This document shows positions 28,401 to 40,100 of a stretch of 64,000 bases of DNA, piece after piece. Within the stretch, counting starts at the first letter, position 1. The number at the start of each line of letters is the position of its first letter. The notes beneath the pieces are model-generated. The model saw only the letters and a program-made list of their open reading frames with translations. It was not told the origin of the DNA and searched no databases. The stretch is from positions 31,682,001 to 31,746,000 of the forward strand of contig NC_088855.1 of assembly GCF_963853765.1 (NCBI RefSeq), given 5' to 3'. This DNA is from Magallana gigas (taxonomy: Eukaryota). The position numbers and the translations under genes are program-made.

Positions 28401-31400
28401 ACATCTTATAAATATATATAACAGGAATTTGAATAGGTTATGTAGTTAAAATTTAAAAATCTAATTGTTTATTTGTGCATTTTTCAGCTGTTTCAATTTG
28501 GTGTTAACAACAACACTGGAGTCTCGTTTACTTATTCGGAGCCTTTGGCAGGTAATACAGAAGAAAACATATAGTAATTAAATATAGTGAGTTACAGTTT
28601 GTCTTTAGATAAGATATTACTAGTGTTTGCCAATTTCTAACTGTCCTTAAACTGAAAAATATTAAATTACCCCCCCCCCCCCCCCCCAAAAAAAAAATAA
28701 AATAAAATAAATTATTAAGTTCAAGTACTTTGAAGTGAACATATAATACTACTACTGAACTACTTGTTTTCTTTAGTTAATTACAAGTGTGGATTTGAGT
28801 CGGGCTTAGAGAACTGTGATTGGTCAATTAACAATTTCACCAGGATAAAGTATGGATCAAACGAATCCTCCGTTCCGAATCAAGATGAAGAGTTTGGAGG
28901 CATGTTGCTTTTTCACATTCATTGTTTTTTAAATATAGAACTTAGCCAAATTAATAAACTTGAGTCTTTCCTTGTTGAAAATATAATAAGCAATTTAAAA
29001 ACAGTCATATTATTATAATATATGACGTATTTCATCGATACACGTATACGTATCTCTCAATGCTCTGTATCACCTTTGTTAAGGTATTCAATGTATAACG
29101 AAGGGGTATTGAACAATTTTGAACCATTTTAAACTAGTTAAATATGTATTGCTAGATAACAATGAAAGTGAAATGAACCAAATTCACATGACTGACAACA
29201 TATAAAAAGCCGGTCATTTTGCACCTTAATTTTTTAATGAGTTATCTCCCCTTGATGAAAAAAAGAAAATTTTAATTTCGCCAAAGTATCTGCGGTAAAT
29301 GATTCATTTTATTTCATATTTTAATAAAGAGAAAGTTTATACATGTATTAACCAAGAGAGTTTTACCAATTTTATGTTACTTTTTACAATATCTTAATAA
29401 AACATACGTTGCCCATAGACTTCAATGCAAAATTCAAGGTGTAATTAGTTGGACCATAATTAATATTTTGAAAATTCCTTTGGTGGAGTAATTTTATTTG
29501 ATAACATCTTCAAAATGATATCATGATTAAGAATATCGGACCATTCATTTATTAGGTACAAAATGTGGTCGTTATACATCGAATACCTTAAAGTAACGCT
29601 TATTTTTTGCTTCATTATCTTACAGAATACTTCATCCATATGTCTAGTTTAACCACTGACAACACAGCCACCATAACTAAGCAGAATATTCACGGAACCA
29701 GTTATGACCAGTATCTATCCTTAAGTTATCACGTCACCGGAATAGGTTCTAAAATTACAGTGTCGTTGCATGGTGGTATAAACACCAGTGTTTTGTGGAG
29801 TTCTGTAGATTCGTCACAGCTCGTGATCAATGAGTGGAAGTCTGCAACAATGAATATCACCACTTTTGAAAAATACGAGGTACTTGGAAGCAAATTTGTA
29901 ATCATTTTTAACAAATCAACACGAATGTATAAAAATTGTAATATCTATAAGCCAACAATTGGCATGTTCTTTAACATATTGGTTGAACCAGTCCTTTAAA
30001 TATTAATTATAATACAATTTAAATAAAATGATTGTGACATCTAGAAATTTTTAAAAAAATAAATCATATTTTATTTTTCCTGTAGATACGCATAACATGT
30101 GAAACAAAAGTTCGATATTCGGGAACAATTTCTTTGGACGACCTTAAACTTTCTTATTACGAAGATTCATATTGTAACGATGAAGGTAAGAAAAAACTCA
30201 ACGCCATATATCAGTTTATAAAAAAATAACACCCACTGTTAATGCTTCCTGTTCTCTCTATTACTAGATTCATGTGTCACGCCTTCCTTGGACCTTTCAA
30301 CATCAACTACATTCGTGTCAACTACAAAGTCAACTTTCACAACCCCTTCAACCACAGTGAAAGAGGATACAACAAACCCTGTAGCTTCCACCACTACAAA
30401 TTTGCATGAAACAACAACTAAAATTAAAGATATAACTGAAACTACCACCTCTGGATCTGAAACAACACCTGTAAGCCCTACAATAACCACAGAATCAACT
30501 TCATCAATAACAACTTTAACATCAACTAAAGCCACATCTACGCCAGAGATCAGAACGACTCTATCGACTGGAATCACAACAACAACTGAGACAGGAACTG
30601 CGTCATCAGAGACAACAGCTAAGACTTCTGGAAATACTACAACAGTTTCGCCAGTCAGTACAACAGAAACTGTGGGCACGTCGACAACAACAACCATGAC
30701 GACAACAACTCCCGTTGACACCGAAACTTCAACACAAAAGACAACAACAAAACTTACAACATCGAAAGAAGGTACATCGACCAGCACAACTGTCTCAGCT
30801 TCAACAGTTACGTCATCAGAAGAAATAACGACCGCTAAATCTACACTAGAATCTACTTTAAGTCCCACTACGTTTAATTCTACGTCATCATCACTAAAAT
30901 CAACCACGCCAGTATCTTTGAGTAGTACTACCACGATCAACGATGCAGGTACTAGTCCATCTATCATACCCAATCATACATTTTTAGCTGTTGTTGGACC
31001 ACAAATGCCATTGGTGTTACATCAGCTATTTCTCATATATTATCATTATGCTTCAATGAAACTAATCTGAACTGATTGAGTGAGGAAACATTTTTATAAG
31101 TCATTTTAGATTTGTTTGCTTTATATAAATGATTCTTCTGTTTCAAGGAAAGAAATCTACATATGACCATTGATTTAAAATGTCAAAAATATTTATCTAA
31201 AAGTTTTCAAAGTAGCTATTTCATATTCATTAGATTCATATGGGAGATATATGTTCATGGGTCTTGCGATTGCTGGTCCGTTTATTCTGATGCTGATAGC
31301 TGTCGGGATATTTATTTGTTGTCGCCGATGTTCAAAGTAAGTTTCGTAATTCAACGTCCAACTTTTTAACTAAATGAAATTCAACTTCATTTTAAAGGAA

Positions 31401-31698
31401 AATATTCAAACAAAATTTATCGATGTTTTTGTTCGATTGTTTCTCGCAAATAACTGATGCTTTAAATGTTAAATTTAATTATCTATACAAAGTTTGTTTT
31501 TAAATCTTTACTAGGTGTTCACCAAAAGGGAAAAGTCAAGAGAAATACCGAGTTTCCAAGCAATTCGATGGCAATTCCAGTCATATCGATGGATCTTCCA
31601 AGCCGTTAAGTCCGCAGTTTTGGCCGGATGTAAATGAAATCAAGATCAACATTACAAATGATTGTGATATTGATTTGGGATCAAAATCAGAAATTTAG
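19349..31698 (+). CDS. ADAMTS-like M12B metalloprotease with MAM domain, long mucin stalk and TM anchor (paralog B, about 1284 aa, 26 coding exons)
   Basis: Exons 19349-19408 (signal peptide [20 protein letters not shown], least certain), 19976-20091, 20529-20778, 20888-21014, 21103-21263, 21807-21893, 22140-22243, 22736-22864, 25501-25617, 25749-25843, 25972-26051, 26370-26477, 26600-26757, 26896-26956, 27065-27200, 27347-27525, 27639-27756, 27929-28018, 28210-28379, 28488-28551, 28777-28899, 29626-29879, 30086-30185, 30268-30948, 31234-31336 and 31515-31698 sum to 3855 nt. Motifs: RIRR|SVT; HEIGHLLGMYHD; GLMGG; TSP1; MAM; 227-codon Thr/Ser stalk; [25 protein letters not shown] followed by CCRRC. 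Confidence 0.87.
22883..25399 (+). mobile_element. Composite Helentron/HINE-type non-autonomous insertion(s)
   Basis: Two 5' ends ttttagctcacctgag (near 22883 and 24278), a (GTCC/GTCT)n tract at about 22935-22982, a satellite-like core and the 3' end caggtgagcgatgtggcccatgggcctcttgtt. This matches the described layout of oyster HINE elements. It lies in the intron that splits the zinc-binding motif of paralog B. Confidence 0.75.
24296..25055 (+). repeat. Tandem array of about 4.5 units of ~167 bp (Cg170-like satellite)
   Basis: The unit ...gggtggggccacaatggggg...aatctttaaaaatcttcttctcagaaactaatcagcc...agcatcctcaggtagtgtagattcaaagttgtgaaaatcat... recurs near 24297, 24469, 24636, 24802 and 24968. 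Confidence 0.85.
29083..29587. mobile_element. Non-autonomous DNA transposon with TTAA duplication (Kolobok-like), 505 bp
   Basis: TTAA|ggtattcaatgtataacga ... tcgttatacatcgaatacc|TTAA; 19-bp TIR with one mismatch. Confidence 0.8.
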
Positions 31699-33150
31699 TT
31701 CACTTTAAAGAATCATGATATTGCAACGAACAAACTTTATTGCTATGGTTCGTAGTAACATGTTTGCTGTGTATTGTTTTTTTTTTGTACTTTTATATAT
31801 GTTACATTAAAAATTATTCTAAAAGGTATTTTTTCCAATTTTTTTTTTCGATTTTAAAACTGTTTAATATTCTAGAAGTATTTATAGACGCGATATATAG
31901 TTTAGACCATTTTAACTTTGATGGCATTGAAACTTACGCTTATTATACAATTTATACAATCCCCAATTTAAATGGCATGGAACTTCGATATTCAAAAACA
32001 TCTCTGCTAATGTTGCAATCAGTTACTTTTTTTCTTCAGACATCTTGAAAAAGATGTGTAAATTAGTGTTCGGTCGAGGACAGATCATGAGGTTTTATTT
32101 TTTCCATGTCCCAACGTAACAGGAGCTAGTGTGGATATATTTCGCACAATTACCACAACCGTATTAGGAATACTTTGTCAGTTGCTCTCTTGGTAAACTC
32201 ACGACTTGAAATTTATACATTTTCCTGTTTAGTTTAAACATGTAAATGCCGTCATTCTGTGTCATAGAAATTATATTTATTACATCCACGAATGTTAACA
32301 TGTACTTGTATACAAATAGAAAGGAGGGAAGGAAATGTAAGGATTACTTGCTTTTCTTAACTAAACTCTTTTTAATTAAATACACTCTCAGTTGAATAAA
32401 CGATTGACAACCAAATTGATGTAATTCGACCACTGAATACTCATAGAAGGCTTGCGTTAAATATGAATAGAAATAATTATTCAACAACACGTAATTTAAT
32501 TTTTGAAACCACCATGTCTTTAAATATAAATGAACGAGTGCTTACACATCCATTCAACTAGGTTTTTCTGGTTACAATCCACATACACCCTAAATTAAAA
32601 AAAAATTCAAGCCGTAAAAAAGCGGCCTTTCAGCAATGAACGACGTAATCAAGTCTACTTCCAAGTATATTTTTAAAGAGAGCTTCGTTTTAAAGAATCC
32701 CTTTATTATTTGCATGCCATTCTGCTGTATAAGCGTCGACATGAATGAAAAATGAATGTCTCGATTCATTGTTTATACCTTTAAGGATCAAAACACTGTG
32801 TGATTTCTGTATTTTTTTTACACCCGAATATATCAGAATTTTCCTCTGGTTTTTCTTTAATTAAGTATTACTAGTAATTCAAGCGATCTATATTCAATAC
32901 TTCAGTTTGACAGTAAGTTAATATATATAAACTTCACTAACTTCTTGAAATCACACAAGTTTTCATAAAGGGACCTGAAGACTTTCTATAATATCAGCGT
33001 CAAATTTTCGAACAATTAAATATGGATAAACCGCATTGAATTCATACCGTGTTCAAGGTACATGTATAATAAAAGACATTCAACATTTTCTTTTAAATAA
33101 CTGGTCCTATGCCAATGTATTTCTCTTCCTGGTTGGACTGACAAACAACA

Positions 33151-36100
33151 ATGAAGAAGTTGAATCGCCGGCCATGTCTCTTGATTTCTGTCCACTTCCT
33201 CACCTTAGGCTTTATGATAGAAGGTATGATTTATTATATTACAAAAAACCCTAAAAGATCGTATTAAATTTTTTAATAGACTCAAATAAGACAATTTTCA
33301 TGTAGGAAAATGGGATCCATTTGTAATGAATGAAAGAAAGTTCACGTTTAACAGGGTACGTCACTGCATTCTTATACTAAACAGTTATTTGAGATATTCT
33401 TTGTAAATATCGTGCTTGGGGGTTGGAAGAAGTAAGGAAAGCCATAACTGTTTTAAGGTATTGTACACTAGTCAATATCAAAATACAAGGGGTGTTCCTT
33501 GGAACAGTGGGCCGTTTAAATAGCAGTTAACAGATTGCAGCTGTTTTAACATTTTGCATCCACAAAATTTTTAAAACTTAAGTAAAAATTACTAGAACGA
33601 ATTAAATTCGGTTGCAGGAAATGTGTTCACTAGTTGTGACTTTGAGGATGGATTTTGTGGCTGGACCAACCAAAACTGGAGTAGAACCGACGATAAGTCA
33701 CCTTTGGAAAAAACGGGCCCTGAGAGCGCCTATCATGGACGTGCGTTTGTCTTTGATTTGTTTATTTTTTTTTCTTCAGTCATTATATATTCGTGAAAAT
33801 ATTGTTAACATTTCGAAAAACGTACAGTTAAAAATACATATAGCTTTTTAGAAAAAATCAACTAGCATTTACTCAATCATCTGTCATCATTGAAAAAACA
33901 TTTTAAAGCCCAGGGGAAAATACACATTATAAAAAAATGAGTTCAAATGAATTATTTATTCCAAACAGTTTATTATATATACTCACACGGTGGGAAGATA
34001 GGCCACAACGTCACTGCGACTCTTGAGAGCATTGGCATTCCACCTTCCAAATATTGTTTGCTCTTTAACTATCATATGCTGGGATCGCATGTAGAGAAAC
34101 TAGAAGTGAAATTAAACGACCAAACAACGGCGATCTGGTATCGAAATGTTACAGAGCAGGGGAAGGAGTGGAAGTGTGCCGCCATTAATGTAACCATTGG
34201 TCAGCCAGACAGTCGCGTAAGTCCAGTCTATTCATTTTTCAGTGACATTTTGACCCATCAACTATATTGATCGGAAAGCATTGGTATCTTTTAAAAATTC
34301 TTTATTGCATGCATTTTTACACGATTTACAAAACCTCTTTAATATTTTTCATAGTGGTGATACATTTAAGTTTGGCTAATTTTAAATATTTAGATAAAAT
34401 CTCCATGGTTTTCATTTGTATTTCAAGAAAAGTATTTTTTTTTATTTCATAGATAATTGAAAAGCATGACACTTTTTAATGATTTTTTTTAATTACATAG
34501 ATACGATTTATAAGCAGGACAGGGAAAACAAAAAATTCATTATATGACATAATTGGATTGGACAATATCAAACTGGTGTCTGGCGTTTGTAATTCACTAG
34601 GTAATGCGTTGGTTATTTTTTCATAAAGTAAAATGAATGTGATTTATATTTCCTTTTAATTTTTTAAACATATAGTTAGGCCACATCAATATTATTTCTT
34701 GTTCGTCGGACCCCGCGTGCTCGTATATTTAAATAAAACTATACAAATGATATTATTATTAATTTCCCGCATCCAGAAAATTCTGCACCGTTTTCTGCTC
34801 TATTATGGCTCTATTTTTTGCATTTTAGATAGTTTTAATTTATAGATCAATAAAAAGAAGAAAAAATATAATCGTTTGCACTAATTATTATATGTACCGC
34901 CTAAAAATTTTGGCTCACCCGCTCATACCTTTTTTCACTGGATGTCCGACGAAAAAGAAATTATTTTAATTTTGGTGTGGCCTTACGTTTATTACTTCTA
35001 TAAACATCAAATGCTATTATATAAATAGTGCCTGTTTGGGAGGGTAACTGTTGAAATTGACAGCCCGAGACAACCATTGTCAACCGACGCGAAGCGGAGG
35101 TTGACAATGGTTTTCGAGGGGTCTCAATTTCAACAGTTACCCTCCCAAACAGGCACTATTTATCTTATTATACTGAATGTTTCCTTTTTAAAGAAAATTT
35201 TACTGCTTTTATATAGAAATGAAGTGAATTCTACGGCGAACCGTACGCGCATAATGTACGCGCATGTTACAATTCGTTGTGTTACCCGTTGCCAAGTGTG
35301 TTGCTAACGCTGAGGGTAATAGAACGGATTACCAACTGCGTCTAAACCAATCAGATTTCAGTATTTAACATGAAAGTATAATAATCCTATTTAACATTCT
35401 ATAAACATCAAATACTATTCTTATTTAACAATTCATTAATTAACGCAAGGTTCACTTTTGAAATTAATTGTTATTATGTTATAAATCCATACTTCAGATC
35501 TAGAAATGCTCGAAAAAGGAAAAGTTTCATATGTTAGTATAAATCAAGTTCTATTAAACTAAGTTCGTTACAAGTTTTAAATTCCCCGTGGTATGGTGTC
35601 TTTTAGAGAACAAAGAAGCAGATAAGTTGTTATCCCTTTACAAGGTACGCGACCCTTCCTCCGACCCTGTCCCTCTCAACATTCACGCCCCCATAACAGT
35701 TAAGACATAATTTTCTGTCGACAGATTGTGACTCGTCATTCAACGTAACGTCAACAACGACACGACAGCAACCAATATCATCAACGACAACGGATTCAGT
35801 GATCCAAGTACAGGAGTCGACGGAGACTGAATCATCGTGGTTTATAAGTAAGAATACCAAAAAACACCCTGTCTATTGGAATTCTGGGAAATGCTCAGTT
35901 TTAGATGTACGTTTAGAAAAACCAATATGGATTTGAAAAACATGTTACAAAATTAAAGAGATTTTGATAACCTGTTTCAGGGAACTTGCCCTATTTGGTT
36001 GGAGTGCCCGTGGCAGTTTTTCTCGTTTCGTTCGTCGTTATCGGCGCCTGTATTTTCCACTCTCACAAGGAAAGGTAATTCACTTTCGGTTTCTTAGCCA

Positions 36101-36583
36101 AAAAATCTTATACATGTATTAAATAAGTACTACTAACAGTAGCTGGGATTAGAACACTTTGAAACAAGAAGTAAAACATTTCTACCCACCAAACTAAGGG
36201 ATTCCTGGATAATATTTTAACTTTAGCGCTCAAACAAGAATTTAATAAATTCTTTCACTACTAGTTCCAGACGGTTGCCTGCTGGAATCATGCGTGGTCC
36301 ATACAGAGCCGATGGACTAAATGACAGATACCGAGATGATCCCACCAATCATCGGGATACAGGACATGAACTGTACTATTCTGAGCCGGACACGGACACT
36401 TACGATTATGTAGACGTCGTTCGAGACCCAGACAGTCTCTATCTGGACGTTATACCCGACTCATCGGGTGCAGACTGTGTTCAAAATGGCAGTCATCCGG
36501 CAGATGTATCTCCAAAACCAGGAGACTATTATAACGATGAGAGTCCGTATTGTGAACCAGTTAAAGCGACACAAGATAAATAA
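33151..36583 (+). CDS. Single-pass type I membrane protein: MAM domain, Ser/Thr stalk, TM, Tyr-rich cytoplasmic tail (gene C, about 357 aa)
   Basis: Exons 33151-33223 (signal MKKLNRRPCLLISVHFLTLGFMIEG), 33618-33740 (SCDFEDGFCGWTN...TGP), 33969-34216 (YCLLFNYHMLGSHVEKLEV...W), 34501-34600 (IGLDNIKLVSGVC), 35725-35847 (stalk), 35981-36074 (TM LVGVPVAVFLVSFVVIGACIF) and 36271-36583 (tail) sum to 1074 nt. Confidence 0.87.
34679..34982. mobile_element. MITE, PIF/Harbinger-like (TTA duplication)
   Basis: TTA|ggccacatcaatattatttcttgttcgtcgga ... tccgacgaaaaagaaattattttaattttggtgtggcc|TTA. Confidence 0.7.
34996..35419. mobile_element. Palindromic non-autonomous element flanked by 23-bp direct repeats
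   Basis: Hairpin 35023-35161 with a perfect 38-bp outer arm and a perfect 14-bp inner arm. Flanks ttctataaacatcaaat(g/a)ctatt at 34996-35018 and 35397-35419. Confidence 0.65.
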
Positions 36584-37111
36584 CAGAGAGAAAAAACCCA
36601 AACTTAAAATGCATGTCTTAAACAGTGTATGCATGTTTAATAATTTTATTCCATAGACAACGCTAAAACCAGTGGAGAGTAAACATTTCCATACTATGAA
36701 ATAGTTGTGACGGATAGTATATACTGTAATTAAAAGCGTTTCCATTACTGAAATTAAAACATAAACCATCAACCTTAACGTTAAATTCATAAAACACAGA
36801 ACCCAGCTGCTATTCAATCAAATTAAAATCAGATCCTCGATCTGGTCATCATTTCTTATTACTGCTACGGTAGCGACAGTAAAAAGATAAAGGAGCAAAT
36901 CTAGGATCTGATTTTAATCAGATTGAGCTGCCATATACAGTCATAACTCAACCAACAAGTTAATCGGTCTTGCATATAAATCATAACCTAGTACTGATTG
37001 AAGCTAGAGTTGTTGTTTGGCCATTAATACTGCTTCAGATCAGAATTGGCACTGTATTTCAGCGTCCTAATAAAAAAAATTATCCCTTATATATTTATAA
37101 ATTAAATCTAT

Positions 37112-40100
37112 TTACATGTTCATGTGACAATCATTACATTGTATACTGTATAAAGAATAGAATTCGTTAAAGTCTGTTGCTGTGTTGTTTGCACAATTTT
37201 TGTAATACTGTAAAGCATAGCTAATGCACTCTCTGTTCCCTTGTTGCGACTGGAGTTCGTCCATCAACTTCCGGCGAAGAGATTGTTCTACCGGAAGTGG
37301 TGGGGGAGGAAACAAGGTGTTGTTGCCTGTAATATATAACAAGTTTATCTCTTAAAAAAGATTGGTGAGCTAGCGCTGTAGCGATCATAAAACACAGAAG
37401 CAGATTTCTAAAACATTGGTTTAAATTTCTGAATCGATTAATATTATTAACAATAGGAGGCACAGTGGTGTACTGGAATTGTGCTGGAGTGGGGTCTCAA
37501 TTTGAAATTGTGAATCTAGAGTGGGCTACACATCGGCAATGACATAGCTCATTGTCTGTGCCTTAATCATAATGTATCTCCTGTAATTTCAATTTCGAGT
37601 TGAATTTTGTTTAGGAAGTCCCAACGATTGGTATTGTTTTGTAGCAATCGTATCTACTTGGGCCTTTCCGGCAAGCTCGGAAAACATATCCGAAGTTGTC
37701 TTCCGAACTTGAAGGAATTTAAGATAAAGCTAGCTACATGTTATTTATTATAATATTGAAAATAACTTTGCATTATAAGACCGAAGCTACTGTTACTTTT
37801 TGACATTAACGATAAAACACAAAACTTCATGTGAAGATGATAAAACGAAATTAAAATGGTACAGTTTATCTACAGTAGTACAGTATTCCCAGAATCCCCT
37901 ACTATGGAGTCGAGCATGCGTTTTCCAGTGAAAAGGACTAACGTAGTTGCTAGCGCTCGAGAGCGCTAGCAATAACACTGTCAGTATTTGGAAGAGCTCT
38001 ATTTGGATAAAAAATATTACTTGTGAAATAGAAGCATAAACGATTCAAATTTATAGCGATAAATATGACGGTTAATCATTTACATTGTACCATACATGTA
38101 CAATACGACTCAATATGCTTTGCTTACAGTTTTTGATATCTTCAGACACGATGACTTCTTCGTCTTCTTTCGAAGACCCTGAATTGAAAAATTAATACAC
38201 GTATGATTGAGACAATTAAGATAAAGTGTGTAATTAGAAACGCTCATCTTCATTATTATAAGATAGAAGACAAACCAGTTGGAGATACCCCGCACGAACA
38301 CAGTTTCATTTGTCGCTCAAGTTCCTACAATGAACCAATAACATTGATTAGTATTGCACAACTAATTCCTATTTTTTTTCTTTTGTACAAAACAAAGCGA
38401 GACAGAACATGTCGATAAATTATAATTTTAATTAATTACATGTATATCATTGAACTTACTGTTAAGCGTTTTGAGAGATTTTCAAAAGCTTCAGCTAAAA
38501 AGAGAAAATCAATTTTTAGCTATAAATATTAGCTGAATGTAATCATAAATAGTAATGTCGGCATGTCGTCATTCATTGTGAATTTTAGGATAATTATTTG
38601 ATTATAAATTGCTTTTTATAGGCGTACAAGTCATGTACAAATGAGACGACTGTACTGAAGATTAATCGTAGTAGAAGATTGCAAACAAATAGTTTCTCAT
38701 ACATAATGCAACAATTTTTAAAATACAGTGCAAGTAAAGCGCAATAAACATAAATAATAAATTACTACAGAACATATACAATGTTTTTAACTATATGTAC
38801 AATCTAGACGTAAAATAAGATAAAATGTCGTATCCCAAATCTAACCTGTTAGTTCCGGTGGAATACTTCCGGACTCTCCCTTTGGTCCCGGAAGTCCAAT
38901 TGTTCCCGGACGACCAGGGTTTCCTATTTCTCCTTTCCCGCCGGGAATTCCAGGTTTCCCGGGCGGCCCCGGTAATCCAGGAGCTCCTTCATTTCCCTTT
39001 TCACCCCGAGGTCCAGCATTTCCTTTAAGACCCCTCTCACCCGGTAACCCCGGATCTCCCGGCCTCCCGTTTGGACCTGGGGTTCCGTAATCACCCTTCT
39101 GACCCGGTAGTCCAGGCAACCCCGGTTCTCCTCTCTCACCCTTTGGCCCTACCGGACCGGGCAAACCTTTGGAACCAGTTTTACCAATTGTACTTGTGCT
39201 TTCCTTCATGGATTTATAGAAAAAAAGCATTTAAAATGTTTCATTCTTTAATTGAATCCCTTTCCCCTTATAAATAGATGGCATTGTAAAGGTAAATTGA
39301 TGTGATTTACTTGAAAAAAAAAAACCAAAATAATATGTTGCGTGTTTATTACAGGAATAATTCTTTAAATGTCAAATGCTTACGTCTACTCTTCTTTGAA
39401 GCTTGTAAAACTCCACCGCTGAAAAAAGATAACATTTTTTATCACATCTCTTCTCAATAATGTAAATCAAAATATTAAAAAAAAATACTCTGCATCACTG
39501 CCACATATGATGTTTGTATTACATACAATGGTATGGAAAGAATTTATATAACAGCCTTTCGGTGTTATATGTAGAACTTTCTTCATATCATATACAATTA
39601 GAGGGATGGTGGTGGAAAAAATAATAAACTGTAGAAACTTTTTGTGTAAATCTGTAAAATGTTCAATGTGATAGTTCATCTCATTACCTCCTACACAAAG
39701 CATTTCTAGTAAAAAAAACCCTCAAAACACTCCTAACAAATGCTTTCGATAATAAGCCTACCTGATATAGAGGTGGAAACCCCTGGTTCGCCCTTCTGTC
39801 CTCGTTGACCAGGGTTCCCTTTTTGTCCGTTGAGGCCAAATAACCCAGGCTCTCCCCTAGGCCCCGGAGGACCCATAGGACCTCTTTCTCCGGGGATTCC
39901 GTTGACTCCAGGAGATCCCTTAATTCCAGGACTCCCATCAACGAGTGCTGTAACAAATGCATAATCGTTTTGGTTTTTTTTAATTGCAACCTGACTGCTC
40001 AATGCTTATATAAATTGATTGATAATAATTTACTATTTACATATATTCTCGTTAAAATATCGTGAATGAAAAGAAAGGAATCTATAATGCCCAATGATGA

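Noticed and set aside
30239-30973. 244-aa Val-rich minus-strand ORF
   Set aside because: Antisense mirror of the Thr-rich (ACN codon) stalk exon of paralog B; no independent start or splice signals.
37947-37972. Perfect 12-bp palindrome ttgctagcgctc-ga-gagcgctagcaa in an intron
   Set aside because: Isolated, probably a transposon remnant; no supporting context.
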